This document shows positions 9,944 through 22,642 of a stretch of DNA of 64,000 nt, piece after piece (the first letter of the stretch is position 1; every line of letters begins with the position of its first letter). This DNA comes from Selaginella moellendorffii. Its lineage: Eukaryota > Plantae > Lycopodiophyta. The position numbers were made by a program, and so were the translations under genes. Where the stretch lies: contig NW_003314283.1 in assembly GCF_000143415.4 (NCBI RefSeq), positions 923,734-987,733 on the forward strand, read 5' to 3'. The notes beneath the pieces were generated by a model. The model searched no databases, was not told the origin of the DNA, and worked only from the letters and a program-made list of their open reading frames with translations.

Positions 9944-11160
9944 TTGGTGAGTGACACTCCTCACCAAGTAGAACCCGAGAAAGCACCGTCCAAGCGGCTG
10001 CTGCTACCAGATGGGAGGTACATAGCTTACAGAGAGCTAGGGGTCAGTGTAGAAAAATCCAAGCACTCTGGATTAGTGGTACGGGGATTCACAGCTTTTA
10101 GAGAGACAGGTACCATGTCCTTTTGTGCGCCTTTTCTCTCCAACTTGTGCTAACATATGATTTTTTATGTAGGCATTCCCGGACTGAACGATTCTTTGCT
10201 GGAACAGTTTCAAGTTCGTCTGATCATATACGACTTGCCGGGATTCGGACTGAGTGATCCTAATCCCAATAGAACATTTAACTCTTCCGCACAGGACATG
10301 GAACTCATTGCCAACGCACTGAGACTCAGCGAGAGGTTTTGGTTGCTGGTACATCCTGGTGGCGGTCCCTATGCGTGGGCAGCATCAGATATATTCCAGA
10401 GCGACTATCAGGTGTGATCTGTGCTTTCTGCATTATCTAGAAAGGTAAAAACCTGAAAGAGTTGATGCGAATTTTTTAACCTGGCTTGGTTTGCATGCAC
10501 AGGTGTTGTGATGCTGGCTCCAGTTGGAAACCCGTCTAAGGCCGGGGACGTGAGTGAGATCGAGGAAGATGGAACTGATTCTGAGGAACTGTTGTCCGGA
10601 TGGAGGTTCCTAGCACGAGTTCTTGGCATCGGCCGATTTTTTCCCATTCGAAAGGAGTTGAAGAAGAAGATAACAAAGATACACAAAGGATTGTATACGA
10701 CGGTAGCTGACAAGGTAAGGAAAGGACTTTCTGTTTTCAGTTTTCAGCCATGATGCGTGTCTTTCAGGAACAAGTTTTGTTCGAGCAGAGGGAATTTATA
10801 AATTTTTGGGAGCAAAACCTTCGCTACACAGCACCAGACGCAGTCCCGAGAGCAGCAGCAGCGCCTAAACCGCCAGCGGCTGAGAGACGGAGCCACCCTG
10901 ATTTTAGCAAGTTTTTCAAGATCAGGCTCAAGTTTCCTTCAGTGCCAGTGCGTCCCGCGTTCCGACTTGTGAAGAGCTTCACAATGTGGTGGTGGCCGAG
11001 ACAAACTAAGAAGGAGCCAACGGATGATGCTGCTGTTGCTCCTGATGCTGCCGCCAGCTTTGGAACGCCGTTGCCTCCAAATCTACTGAGTGAAGCCTTC
11101 AAACTCAAGGTCGTCTTAGTCGTGGTGCTGCTGGTGATCTCGCTCTTGGTCCTCAGATAA
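9944..11160 (+). pseudogene. Plant alpha/beta-hydrolase family gene, 5'-truncated and frameshifted
   Basis: RLLLPDGRYIAYRELGV, GIPG..LLEQFQVRLIIYDLPGFGLSDPNPNR, introns near 10111-10172, 10412-10503 and 10714-10768. A 1-nt deletion lies near 10385 (AWAA/IRYIPERLS); the nucleophile elbow reads VHPGG instead of GxSxG. Confidence 0.7.
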
Positions 11161-11720
11161 CGCACCCACACCTCTCTAGAGCCGAGGTATGGTTTAACAC
11201 CTCTCATTTGTTCGCTTCGCTGTATAAAATATAGATGTCTGACACTCGAGTCTTTGTCCCGTCATCTTTTACGTTTTATCTTTTCTGCTTGCAGCAGAGA
11301 CAGACAGACACTGATGCCTCACTCCGAGACAAGAGTCGTATCAGAGGACCAAATTACACCTATGGATTGTTTTAAGCTGTCACCAGAAAGGTACTTGAAC
11401 CGCAAGTTAATTTCTCACAGTTCTTTTCCCTTCTGTAGGAGATAACGCAAGAATCTACCGCAAACATAATCTTGACTCGAGGATTGGCGCGAGACCGTCA
11501 GAAGGGATGGTGTTTATAGAGGTCACGACAAGTTTTCTGATCTTTTGTGGCAGGCACGCTGGAGTCGTGGGCCGCTAATTATTTACCCGTACAAAAGCCT
11601 CTAACTTAGAGACTTCTAAGGTGCCTTAACGAATATCCACCGGCTCGCTGGCATATATCTTCAGAGAACTGGTGTTGTGCCTTGTATTTTCTGAGCTTCT
11701 CTTTTGTGCGAGTAGTAGCC

Positions 11721-12459
11721 ATGTCGAAAGACAGTGTGAAGCTCTTGAACTTCTGGCCGAGTATGTTTGGCTTGAGAGTCCACTATGCGCTGGATCTGAA
11801 AGGGGTGTCCTACGATTACCAGGAGGAGAGTTTGCTCAACAAGAGCAAGGAGCTTCTCGAGGCAAATCCAATCTACACGAAGATTCCGGTTCTCATCCAC
11901 AACGGCAAGCCTATCTGCGAGTCTCTCGTCATCGTCGACTACATTGACAGTGTGTGGCCCGGTTCTCACAAGCTCCTCCCGGAAGATCCATACGAAAAGG
12001 CTGTGGCTCGCTTCTGGGCAGATTTTGGTGACAAAAAGGTAAACTTGTTGCTTCTTCCGGGTTGATCAAAACCAGATTTTTCCTTACCAACAGCTCTATG
12101 ACGCCGGGAACCGACTCATACGAGCTATGGGGGAGGAGCACAAGAAAGCCGGCGAGGACTTCAAGTGGGCTCTGATGAAAATCGATGAAGCTCTCGGCAC
12201 CATCGCTCCAGGCAAGCCTTTCTTTGGCGGCGACGCTATGAACTTTGCAGATGTTGGTCTGGCTCCATTCATCTGCTGGTTCAAGGGCTACCAGAAAGTG
12301 GGAGGATTCGTGCTTCCAGGCCCGGAAGAATGGCCCAATCTCCACAAGTGGGTAGACGCTGTAAATTCCGTGGACGCGATCAAGAAATCCACTCCAAGCC
12401 CAGACAAGGTTGCTGAATTCGCTGAGGTTATCAGGAAGCGAGTTCTCGGGGCTGCCTAA
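11721..12459 (+). CDS. GSTU: Glutathione S-transferase, tau class
   Basis: Exons 11721-12038 and 12094-12459; FWPSMFGLRV, NPIYTKIPVLIHNGKPICESLVIVDYID, PYEKAVARFWADF, FFGGD; single intron typical of tau GSTs. Confidence 0.95.
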
Positions 12460-13424
12460 AACACTGACGGTTTTCAAGATACATGCTGTTTTCGATTCAT
12501 CATCTCGATGGGTAAACAATAAAAAGTACTTCAAATAAAGAACGTCTCTGACAGGTTCTTGCTCCAGAAATTTCGTCGAACGGCGATTTTTTACTACCGT
12601 CAACACATCAACACTTGCATTCTCTCTCTCTCTCTCTCATTCACAATAGTGTCCATGTGGCAGTTTTCTATTGGTTTATCTTTAAATATACATCCCATTG
12701 CAATGGGTGCCCCATGGATGCTAGCCCGATGGGTGGATGATAAAGTATAAAAACATTTAGTTTACAATCGCAAATGAAAAGAGAGATCCAGATAGGGGTA
12801 ACATATCTGGAAGTGGGGGATGGGGGATATTTATTTATATGGCCCTTGGGGAGGAGCTGGGGTTGTCCCACTTTGTTTGATATCGATACCGACTGTGAGG
12901 ATGGAGTAGAGGTAGAAAGAGTTTTAACTTGTCTGCTTCAATCCAGATTTCTTCGTTTGATCCCATCTATCCAGTTTTTCTGCTTGTGAATTGCCAATCT
13001 TGGAGTGGAGGACAATGCATTTTTCGAGTAGCAGCAGCAACGCTCTCACTCATCATGGCTTTTAGCTTTCACTCTTCTGGTCATCCATATCATGGGACTC
13101 TTTCTCTTGCATCGCCCAGAAGAGGTGACTTCCAAGCTCCACACGACTCCACAGTTGATTCACATGCTCATCCACCAGTGCCCCGTGCTTGTCATCCGTG
13201 CAAGCTCTTGCTGTGTGAGCCTAGTTGTGAGGGAGCTCTTCTCCAAGCATAACATGGGTCATTGCTATGGGCACCCATCTGTGGCATAAGGATTGGATAT
13301 TAATAAAATATCCTATGCCTGTGTTTTTGATACTCATATTACACATGGACCAATAACAGCCAGACACATATTGTGAATGAAATATGCCACTGTAATTTCT
13401 ACCTTTTTATGAATTACATGTTAC

Positions 13425-13426
13425 AT

Positions 13427-13466
<40 letters not shown>
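13425..13466. repeat. (CT)n microsatellite
   Basis: Directly visible. Confidence 0.9.
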
Positions 13467-13472
<6 letters not shown>

Positions 13473-14112
13473 GTCTCTTGTGTGTGTTAGGATTAGCCTT
13501 TTTATTAAAATCTTATCTTTTAAATTCTCCTTTTATGTTTATGGAAGCTTCTGTTTAGAAATATGTTTTACAAATTTACATAAACAACTATAAACTAAAA
13601 GTATAGAAATAGTAATGAGAAGCTAACACTTTGTTACTATATGATTAAACAAACACTCTCCAGAAATCTTTTATTCATTGCTGAATGTTCTTTTAAAGGT
13701 TAATTCTTGCCTAAATTATAACATTTCATAATTTTGAATTTTTATTATTTTCATTATTGTGCATACATCTATATATGGCAAAACCTTTTATGTATAACAA
13801 ATACTTACCACATTGCTATTGTTTTCATATTTATTAGCTTAAACTTTTACTACCTAATAGTTTTATATATTTAACAAAGTAGCTCAAGTTAAATTCTTTT
13901 CCTATACAGATATATATTAAAGATATATGTTATAATTTTTTTTATTTTCTTATATAAAAATTACTTTAATTTTATAGAGGTTAAGAAAACATTAAAAATT
14001 GCCAATTTTGAGGAGCTCTACCTCTGAAATGAATATTGTTTATGTTTTAATTATTTTAATTAATATTTAATTTTTATTATCAATTAATATCAATTATTAT
14101 CAATTATCAAGG

Positions 14113-14180
14113 TACACTTTGGGCCTCACAATACTTAATTTAAGATTTTTTAAATTAATTATTGTGAGGTCCAAAGTGTA
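14113..14180. repeat. 68-bp near-perfect inverted repeat (hairpin)
   Basis: tacactttgggcctcacaata (14113-14133) against tattgtgaggtccaaagtgta (14160-14180), 1 mismatch, plus inner ttaatttaa/ttaaattaa pairing. Confidence 0.85.
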
Positions 14181-14659
14181 TGGCTACAATGTGTATACTA
14201 ATATTAGTGTAATAGGATTTTGATAGCTGTTGGATTGGTTTCAATCTAAACCAGTTGTTCCTCTATATAAAATGGGTTTTTGGGCTAATTAATATGCACA
14301 TTTTTATATTCAATTTCCATATTCCATACACTCACATTGTTGGAGATGAGGGGCAATTTTGATTGTCCCTAAGAAGTGTTTGAATTTAGGATTTTAATTT
14401 AGATATAGCTTTTGTATTGTTTATCTCCCTTTCCTTATAACTTTTTCAAATTTTTTTTTTTGCTTTTTTTTTTTTGTTCATCTTCATTGCAAAGTAGCAG
14501 CCTCTTATTTCTTTGACTTTAAAGTAGTAGTTGTTGCAGTTGCTCAATGCTATATGGTAATAATTGAATAATCAACTCAATTGATAGTGGCATTTACAAC
14601 ATATGGTATAGCTCCTCTTGCTTTTGATGCCAATCCTCGCATTTGGTTAAAATTCTTCT

Positions 14660-14830
14660 ATATGAGTCTTGGGAATGATGTGTACCATTAGTTAGATCAC
14701 TTTATAGTGATTGCCACATATCATTCTTGGGATAATACTTTACATTTGCATGAGTTTTCTATGTGTCTCCAAGGGATAGTGTTACAATAGTATAATGGTT
14801 TGAATGCAATCACTTGTGAAAATTAAAGCA
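14660..14830 (+). mobile_element. Degenerate Gypsy gag fragment
   Basis: GNDVYH*LDHFIVIATYHSWDNTLHLHEFSMCLQGIVLQ*YNGL resembles the gag WL..F...A....W......F...L.G.A..WY pattern. Confidence 0.5.
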
Positions 14831-15579
14831 ATGTAGATGGCAACATGTGGCAATAGGCTAAGCAATAAAAGATAAACTCGAACCAACACAGAAAAAATAA
14901 TAAGAAACCCTTTGTTACAAAAATGAGTTTGGAAAGTAAACATTTGATGAACTAGAACCAAGTGAACCCTTTAATGATACTCCTGAAAGAAAGATGGAGG
15001 GGTCACTGATTTATTTGTGTAAGATCCTTTTGTTATTTGAGTGACTCGGTGTCTAGTCCTTCTATTGCAACAACACCAACAAGACGTTGTTGACACCAAG
15101 GTCTCCACTTAGGAAATGGAAGTCACCAATCTGAAAAATGCTAACAACGCTAATAAATGTGACCAACTTCATCACACCTAACAGTGGATATCACGGCCAT
15201 GACCATGTCCTTGCCCTTATCTTTGAACTCAAGCAGCAACAATATCAACCTTAATTAGAACATGACTATCTCCCACAAAAAGTGAAGCTAAAAGATGTGC
15301 AACAAGAAGTGGAAGAGACAATGTTTTATAACGTTATGCCAAGTAAAGAGCATCGTAAAGGGTGGCTGGAGCAAGTGTATACACAAGTTTTACAAAATCT
15401 TAATGAAGTGTTAACCACAACATTCTTAATTTGATCCACTTCGATATATTTGGCTCCGTAAGAAGCAAAAGGCTTTGGAAACAAATACCAACCTACATCA
15501 CTGACTCAGATGGCTCTTAATAAAAATGATACAATTTTTGGAAGGCATCATCACAATCATTGGCATATTCAATCTCAAC

Positions 15580-17169
15580 TAACAATATTCTTTCTTTACT
15601 GCCACAACGGTAGAAGGTTAATATTGTTGGACCCTTTATTAGTTTCCACCTAAGCTAGTTGAGAAATTGGTCATCACATGTGCATTTAGACCAAAAGGGC
15701 ATTAAGGAAGGAAATCCTAAGTTGTCATTTAGTCAAGCATATTTGACACAATAATGAAAAATTCATGTTATTAGCTTGCACTTGTTAGTGTTGGGAACCC
15801 TTGCAATATTGAACTTGGTCCCTCAATATTCACTAGATGATAGTTTACCATGTTTGCTAAACACCCTCGCTATCACACCTTATGTTAGTACCATTTGATG
15901 AATAGTGGTGAAGTGTTATACCATTGTGTCTAAGCTTGTTATTGAAGATTTGGGTTACAATGCTCAATTCTTTTTCAGGGAATCTAACTTTTTAGTTTGG
16001 TTGGAAAGAGAGTGGCATGAGTTTGTCTATGTTATGAACAAAAGTTAGTGGTCTTGAGTATTGTATATCTTTATCAGTGGGATGTGGCATTTATATTGCA
16101 TTTTGTTGAATCAAGTTAGCATTTGATACTCATGTAAGCTTTTGAAGTAATAATGTAGGCATGCTCATGGTGTTGCTTAATTGATAATCAAGTCATTGTG
16201 ATTTTTATATTATATCCATGTGATAATGAGTAATATGTTTACGAAGTTGCTTGGTTAAATGATGATCAACCCCAAAATGGTTGATGGTGAAGCTAATCGA
16301 CTTACATATAGTAGTATTGAAGTAGTTTTAACTAAGTTTTAAATAGTGATCCATTATGCTAAGCTTCCATCAGTACCTTGTTTCTTTGAGGGGTTGTCTA
16401 TTAAGGTGTTGGAAAAGGGTTGTAGCATTCATTTGCTATAATTCGTCAGTTAATCCATTAGCACTTTGAATAGATTGTTGGATGGAGAAGATGTATAGTT
16501 AAGGCATTAACTTTGCTAGCACTTATGCTGGTAGAGATGACATTATTTTGTTGAGTGATGAGAAACTTTCTTTAGAGCTTGATTTTGTATATCATTTTTC
16601 TTGTTAGTGTTTTGGCTTTATATTGGATCTTGAAAGTGATTGATAAAGAGTATTAGTGCAATATAGATATTTAAAGATATGGTCTTCATGATCAAGCTTT
16701 AGATGTTCATTTTGCATTTTGTGGATGTCAGTGTTAGATGTTGGAAATATGGGTAAAGATGTTCAATGCTTAGACATACTATTAAATCATAAAAATTAGT
16801 GTTAAAGTGAACCTATATGAAGTTGTTAGTAGGAGGAAGTTGGTTGTCTTGAAAGTTTGTATTCCTAGAATGGAGTCATTCTTTCTCTAGGATGGAAACT
16901 TTTCCACAAATTTTTTTAAGCTTTTCCAATGGCTGATCTATTGATCACTTTGCTCAAAAACCATTCTGTTTTCATAAGCCTGTACAAACTAGTAAAAGGG
17001 TTAGAATTGACTTTGGTTAGCCTAAACCTTAGTAGGTAGTTTGTATGATGGGATGCTAACTTTTGAAGCTAAAACAATTGAGTTGCATAGAATTTAAAGT
17101 TAGTATAAAAAAGTGGCCATTATGCTTTTCTAAAAAGGTGACCCTTGTGCCTTTCTTTTATAGTGTTGT
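15580..17169 (+). mobile_element. Older copy (left part) of the 17170-29118 LTR family: partial LTR plus internal segment
   Basis: 15585-15890 matches LTR segments at ~17225 and ~28065; 15900-17165 matches internal 19075-20385; continues at 29124 after the TSD. Confidence 0.75.
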
Positions 17170-20100
17170 TGTCACGAATGTGACTTTAGGTATCAAAAGT
17201 TATCTGTCAGCTAGTCCTTTCGGATATTCTTTCTTTACTGCCACAACGGCAAGAGGTCGGTATTACTAAACCTGTTAGTAGTTCCCACTTGAGGTAGTTG
17301 AGAAACTGGTCAATGAACATGCACTTAAATTGGATAAACATAAAGTAGGAACCCTATGTGTTTTTTGCTGAGCATACTTGGCCTGGTTTGAGAAATTTAT
17401 GTCATTAGCTTGCACTTGCTAGTGTCAAGAACCCCCGTGATATTGAGCTTAGTCCCTCAATATCACTAAATGATAGCTTACCATGTCCGTCAAACACTCT
17501 CGCTATCATGCCCTTTGTGTTAGTTTCATTTCGGTCCCAAAAACTATTTATGGAAAGTGTCTAGATTCGCTCATTTAGCACATCTATGGAATGTAGAGAT
17601 TGTTTTGAACACAATGGTGTTCATCCCATGTCTAAATTCACAATCTAAGGACATTCCATGTTTAATAAGTTTTGAGCTTGTCCTAGAGACTAAATCCTAA
17701 TACTAAAGAAAGTTTGGGGTGAAAGCCCAAAGCATGTGTTCCTCAAGGGGGGGGGGGGGGGCGGGTGCTATGAGGGATCCAAATATATAGTAGGGATATT
17801 GGGTAGGTCGGGCATGGCTGACCAACCTGAGGCATAGTTTAGCTTCTACTTGCATACCTGTCCTTGTTCTATGTCTGGCTTGGGTCTAAGTTTAAGTTCC
17901 ATTCCATGCTAGTTGGTGGAATACCCATATCCTTGTGTTAGGCCACCAGTATGCCGAAATAGTGCCAGACTCTGTTTGGCTCCGTTTTGCATGTTGGTCC
18001 TGGCATTGGGATGCTAAATACTTTAGGACTATTCTAAGTCGCTCTGTGCTCCTGTCCCTTTGCTCCTTAGGCTATATGCTCGGGAGTCATTCCATACTCT
18101 AGTGCCATCACTCCTTGGCTCCATGCTTGGGAGTTTGGCACCAGTCCTTCATTCAGTGGCCTAAGGCCTTGAAACTCGGATTCCACACCACTGTCCTTTA
18201 GACATGTGGCATGTGTCACGTGGCATATGACACATAGCACATGAAGGGTTTAGGTTCTGCTTCGTGGTTATCCTACGGTAAATCACCATAGGATAAAAGG
18301 TAAAAACCACATGCACTACATTTGGTATCAGAGGATGAGTCTCGGAAGATGAATCTTAGAGAGTACTATCCAATGAGATTGGGCAACTAATCTTGTTGCA
18401 TACGTAGAGATGAAATGATGATCCAAGTGGGAACATGTCTGGGTGCAAAGGCTTCACAATCATTCCTTAAGTATAAATTTTGGTTGCCTTTTGTACCATA
18501 ATAATGTGAGCTTGCTCTTGGGCTCATAAGAGGGATTGAGTTATTCCGTTTGCATGAGTTTGCACTTGGGCTCGTAAGTGTGGCATATTAGCAACTCAAG
18601 GTTACATTTTGAGTTAGCAGGATTAATGTTAGCCTATCAGTGGTTCTTTAAGTTGTTCTATATACCATGGGTGAAAGTAAACCTTCCCTAGGTTTGCTAT
18701 GAGTGGCAAATATGCTAGTCCGTAACTGTTTAGCATGGCACTAGTGGATCCTTCCTAGGCATGATTACAAGTGAAACAACCAAGACTGTAGGGATTGGTC
18801 TATTAATTCAAGTAATCATTGCCGTGCTCTCTCATAAACTTTTCTTGGATTGGACTAAAGGTAGTGCAAACGCAAGCTTGAGGTTTAGTAAAAAATGAGA
18901 CCAAATAGAGAGTTGTCAAAGACAAAGGATCAAACACATAAATCATTTTCTCTTCTTGGAGAGATGATTTGCAACGAGGTGTTAACTCATTACTCGTGTT
19001 CATAATATGCAATCAAAAGTCCCTACCTTGATGCATGTTGGAAATGATAATCTTGCAAAAGGTGAGTTGTGGGATGGATAGTGGTGAAGCGCTAAACCAT
19101 TTTGTTTAGGTTTACTATTGAAGGTTGGGGTTACAATGCTCAATTATTCTTTGGAGAACCTTGCTATTGCTCTTTGAATAACTTGGTGTTGGATTAGTTT
19201 TGAGTTTGGTTAGAAAGAGAGTGGCATGAGCTTGTCCATGTTGTGAACAAAAGTTAGTGGTGTTAGGTGTTATAAATCTCTATCGGTAGAGTGTGGCATT
19301 TATGTTGCATTTTGTTAAATCGAGTTGACACTTGATACTCACATAAACCTTTGAAATAATGACATGTGTGTTGCTCGTGGTGTTGCTCAATTGATGATCA
19401 AGTCATTGTGATACTTATATCATATCCATATGATAGTGAGCAATGTGTTTACAAAATTGCTTGGGTAAATGATAATCAACCCCAAAGTGGTTGATGGTGA
19501 AGCTAGTCTACTTGTATGAAATAGCATTGTAGTAGCTTTGACTGAATTCTCAATGGTGGTCCATTATGCTAAGTTTATGTTGGTACCTTATTTCATGAGG
19601 AATTTGCCCATAACGTGTTGGAAAGGGTTGAAGCATTCATTTGCTAAAGCTCGTCAACTGATCCATTAGCACTTGGAGTAAATTGTTGAATGGAAAAATG
19701 CGTAGTTAAGACATTGACATCACTAACACTTGTGCTAATGGAAATGACATTGTTATGTTGAGTGATGAGGAGTTTTTCCTTAGATCTTGATGTTTCATGT
19801 CATTTTTCTTATTAGTGTTTTGGTTTTACATTAGATTTTGAAGGTGGTTGAAAAAGAGTGTTAGTGCAATGTGGATATCCGAGGATATAGTCTTCATGAT
19901 CAAGCCTTAGATGTTCATTTTGCAATTTATGGATGTCGGTGTTGGATGTCGGAAATATGGGCAAGATGTTCGATGTTTAAGCATACTATGGGTTTTGAGA
20001 ATTTGTGTTAAGGTGAACCTATATGAAGTTGTTGGTAGTAGGAAGTTGGTTGAGTCTTGGAAGTTTGTATTTCTATACTGAGAGTATTCTTTCTCTGAGA

Positions 20101-21670
20101 TGGAAAACTTTTTATAAATTTTCTTAGACTTTTCCAATGGCTGATCTATTGATCATTTTGTCCGAAAACCATTCCATTTTTGTAAGCTAGTACAAACTAG
20201 TGAAGGGGTTAGAGTTGACTTCAGTTGGTTTAGATCTTAGTAGGTAGTTTGTATGATGAGATCTAAAAGGGATGTTGACTTTTGGGGCTAAGGCAATTAA
20301 GTTAGATAGAATCTGGAGTTGGTGTAAAAAAATGTCTATTGTGCTTTTCTAAAAAGGTGACCTTTGTGCCTTTCTTTTGTAGCGTTATGCTTAGTGGCAA
20401 GTTGCACCTTGCATTTCATTAAATTTTATGAGAGTAGTGAGCTCTTACTGATTTTTACTTGGTCTGGGTGGCTCTGCCCCTTGGCTAAAGATAGTGATGT
20501 CTATCTTAGTTGTTTAAGGTTGAGATGTTGGTACCTGTACTATAGTTTTGTCTATAAGGAGGTTGTGTACCAATATGAGTCTATCTCATAGTCTTCATTT
20601 TAATTTCGACTAAGTGTTGATCATGTATAACTAGCCTCTTCAAGGCATGCTTAGAGCTATTGGCTAAATGCATTAATGAGTTTATTGCGGTTGAGTTGGA
20701 TTCGAGTGGTTATTTAGTTATACTTGTCCATGAACCTTTATTTGAGGTATTACATTCATGTTAGACGAGTATAGAACTCGATGGCATGAGTTTAGTGTTG
20801 GGTCTTGTGAAGGCAAGTTGAAACAGTGATTGTTAGTTGCTTGCGACTAGTGATTGCTTGTAAACTTTGTTGAGGACTGTTGACACTTTCTTTGCTCGAT
20901 GAAGATTTATCAGTGATAGGTTTGTTTTACCGAATGGTGTTGCAGAGGATCGTGTCATTAGACTTATATGGGTTTCCATATTAGCATATGACTCTACCTT
21001 TGTTGATATCATTTGGTTGCGTTTAGTTCATAGTGTTAGATTTCATTAAGTCTTGGATGTGGTGATTCACTCCTTGATGAAGTGTTATATGTAGCTGAGT
21101 AATGTTGAAGAACTAGTCTCAGATACTGATTAAAGTATCTTCAACTTTAGTTAGCTTAGTTAAGGCATTTTGGCATGTTAGCTTCGATATTAAAGTTAGT
21201 ATTTACATCTGGCTGTTAGGAATTTCCCAATTCTTGCCACATTCCTGATTCTCGCCGGGTTCTTGACCTACAGACCACATTCTTGACTCTCGAGACACTT
21301 CCCTATTCCTGACTCTCTAATTTCCCATACGATTCCTGAGTCTTGAGCCACATTCCTGATGATGACATGATGCCTCCTCGACCTCAACTATATTTAAGCT
21401 ATCTTCGATCCAAGAGTGGTGGAGCTTCATCAACTATAGTATATATAAGTGAGCTTTGTTCCATTTCTCCACAATCTAAATCAATGCCAATCTAAGGCCC
21501 TTTCTTCGTTTCCACTAGCTTTTTTCTTTGTCTTTTGCATTTTCCAATCTTGATCTTGTTGGGGGTCTTGATAGTTTGATTCAAATTGTGTTTTTTTCAT
21601 TTTTGCTTTAGCTCATTTTGATTGTTTGACTGCCTTTGCCTTTTTTCCCCCTTTTTATTTCTTCTTGCCG

Positions 21671-22642
21671 ATGGAGTCTCCAAGCCCTCCTGATTTCTTT
21701 GCCGAAGTCCTTGCAAAAATCCAGTTTAAGAATATTGAGCTGAAGGCAACCCTTCTTCACATGCAGTAGGAGCTTGCTTCACTTTCAACTCAAGGATTCA
21801 GCAAAGTTCCTGAACCGAAGGTGAGTTTCCTAGCAAAATTTTCAAACAAGCGTTCGGAGCTTTGCGGATTCCTAAACCAGATGGAGCTGATCTTCGCACT
21901 TCAACATCGGCAATACCCCACTCCCGAGTCTCAAATCAGCACGATCGGGACGTTGCTCGAAGGTGCAGCTTTGTCATGGTTTTCTCCTCTTCTAGAGAAG
22001 AGCATGAAAGGGGTCGTGGTTCCGGAGCTAATGGATCTTCAGTTGTTCAAAGAGAAGCTCGAAGCATGTTTTGGCAAGATGGATCGGGTTCAGGCTGCCA
22101 CCACAAAGATGAAACGTCTCTCTCAGGGGTCTCGTCCTGCCTCAATCTATGCTGCAGAGTTCCAACTCCTTGCCTTGGACACTTAGTGGGATGAGTGGGC
22201 CCTGATTGATCAATTTTGTTTTGGCCTCAACAACGGTATCAAGGATTTGTTGCTCACCTTGGAGGATCCCATGAACCTGTCAAACACCATCAACAAAGCT
22301 GTTCAATGCGACAATCGTCTCTTTGAATGTCATCAGGAAAGTTGCCGCGCCACCATTTTCCCGTCCCAGACTCAAGAATCCCAGCTTGAGTCTTCGGGGC
22401 ATACTCCTGAACCTACTACTCCAGTCCCAATGGATATTTCTGGTGCTCCCCGACTCATCAAAGGGAAGTTGAGTCCTGTTGAGAAGCAACGTCGAATATC
22501 TCATAATCTTTTCCTCTACTATGCTGATCCTAATCACAAAGCAACTGTGTGTCCCAAGAAGCCTCCCCAACTGCTCAAGTTCACTCTACCTCAACGTCTA
22601 CCTCTGTTGCAGTCAGGAAACGACCCTATCCAAACAGAGTAG
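21671..22642 (+). pseudogene. gag: Gypsy gag (PEG10/Tf1-like), with in-frame stops
   Basis: FLNQMELIF..YPT...IGTLLEGAALSWF, LSQGSRPASIYAAEFQ, PVPMDI and a degenerate Zn knuckle LFLYYADPNHKATVCP. Confidence 0.85.

Noticed and set aside
12850-13290. Possible Gypsy gag/protease remnant on the minus strand
   Set aside because: Too degenerate to support
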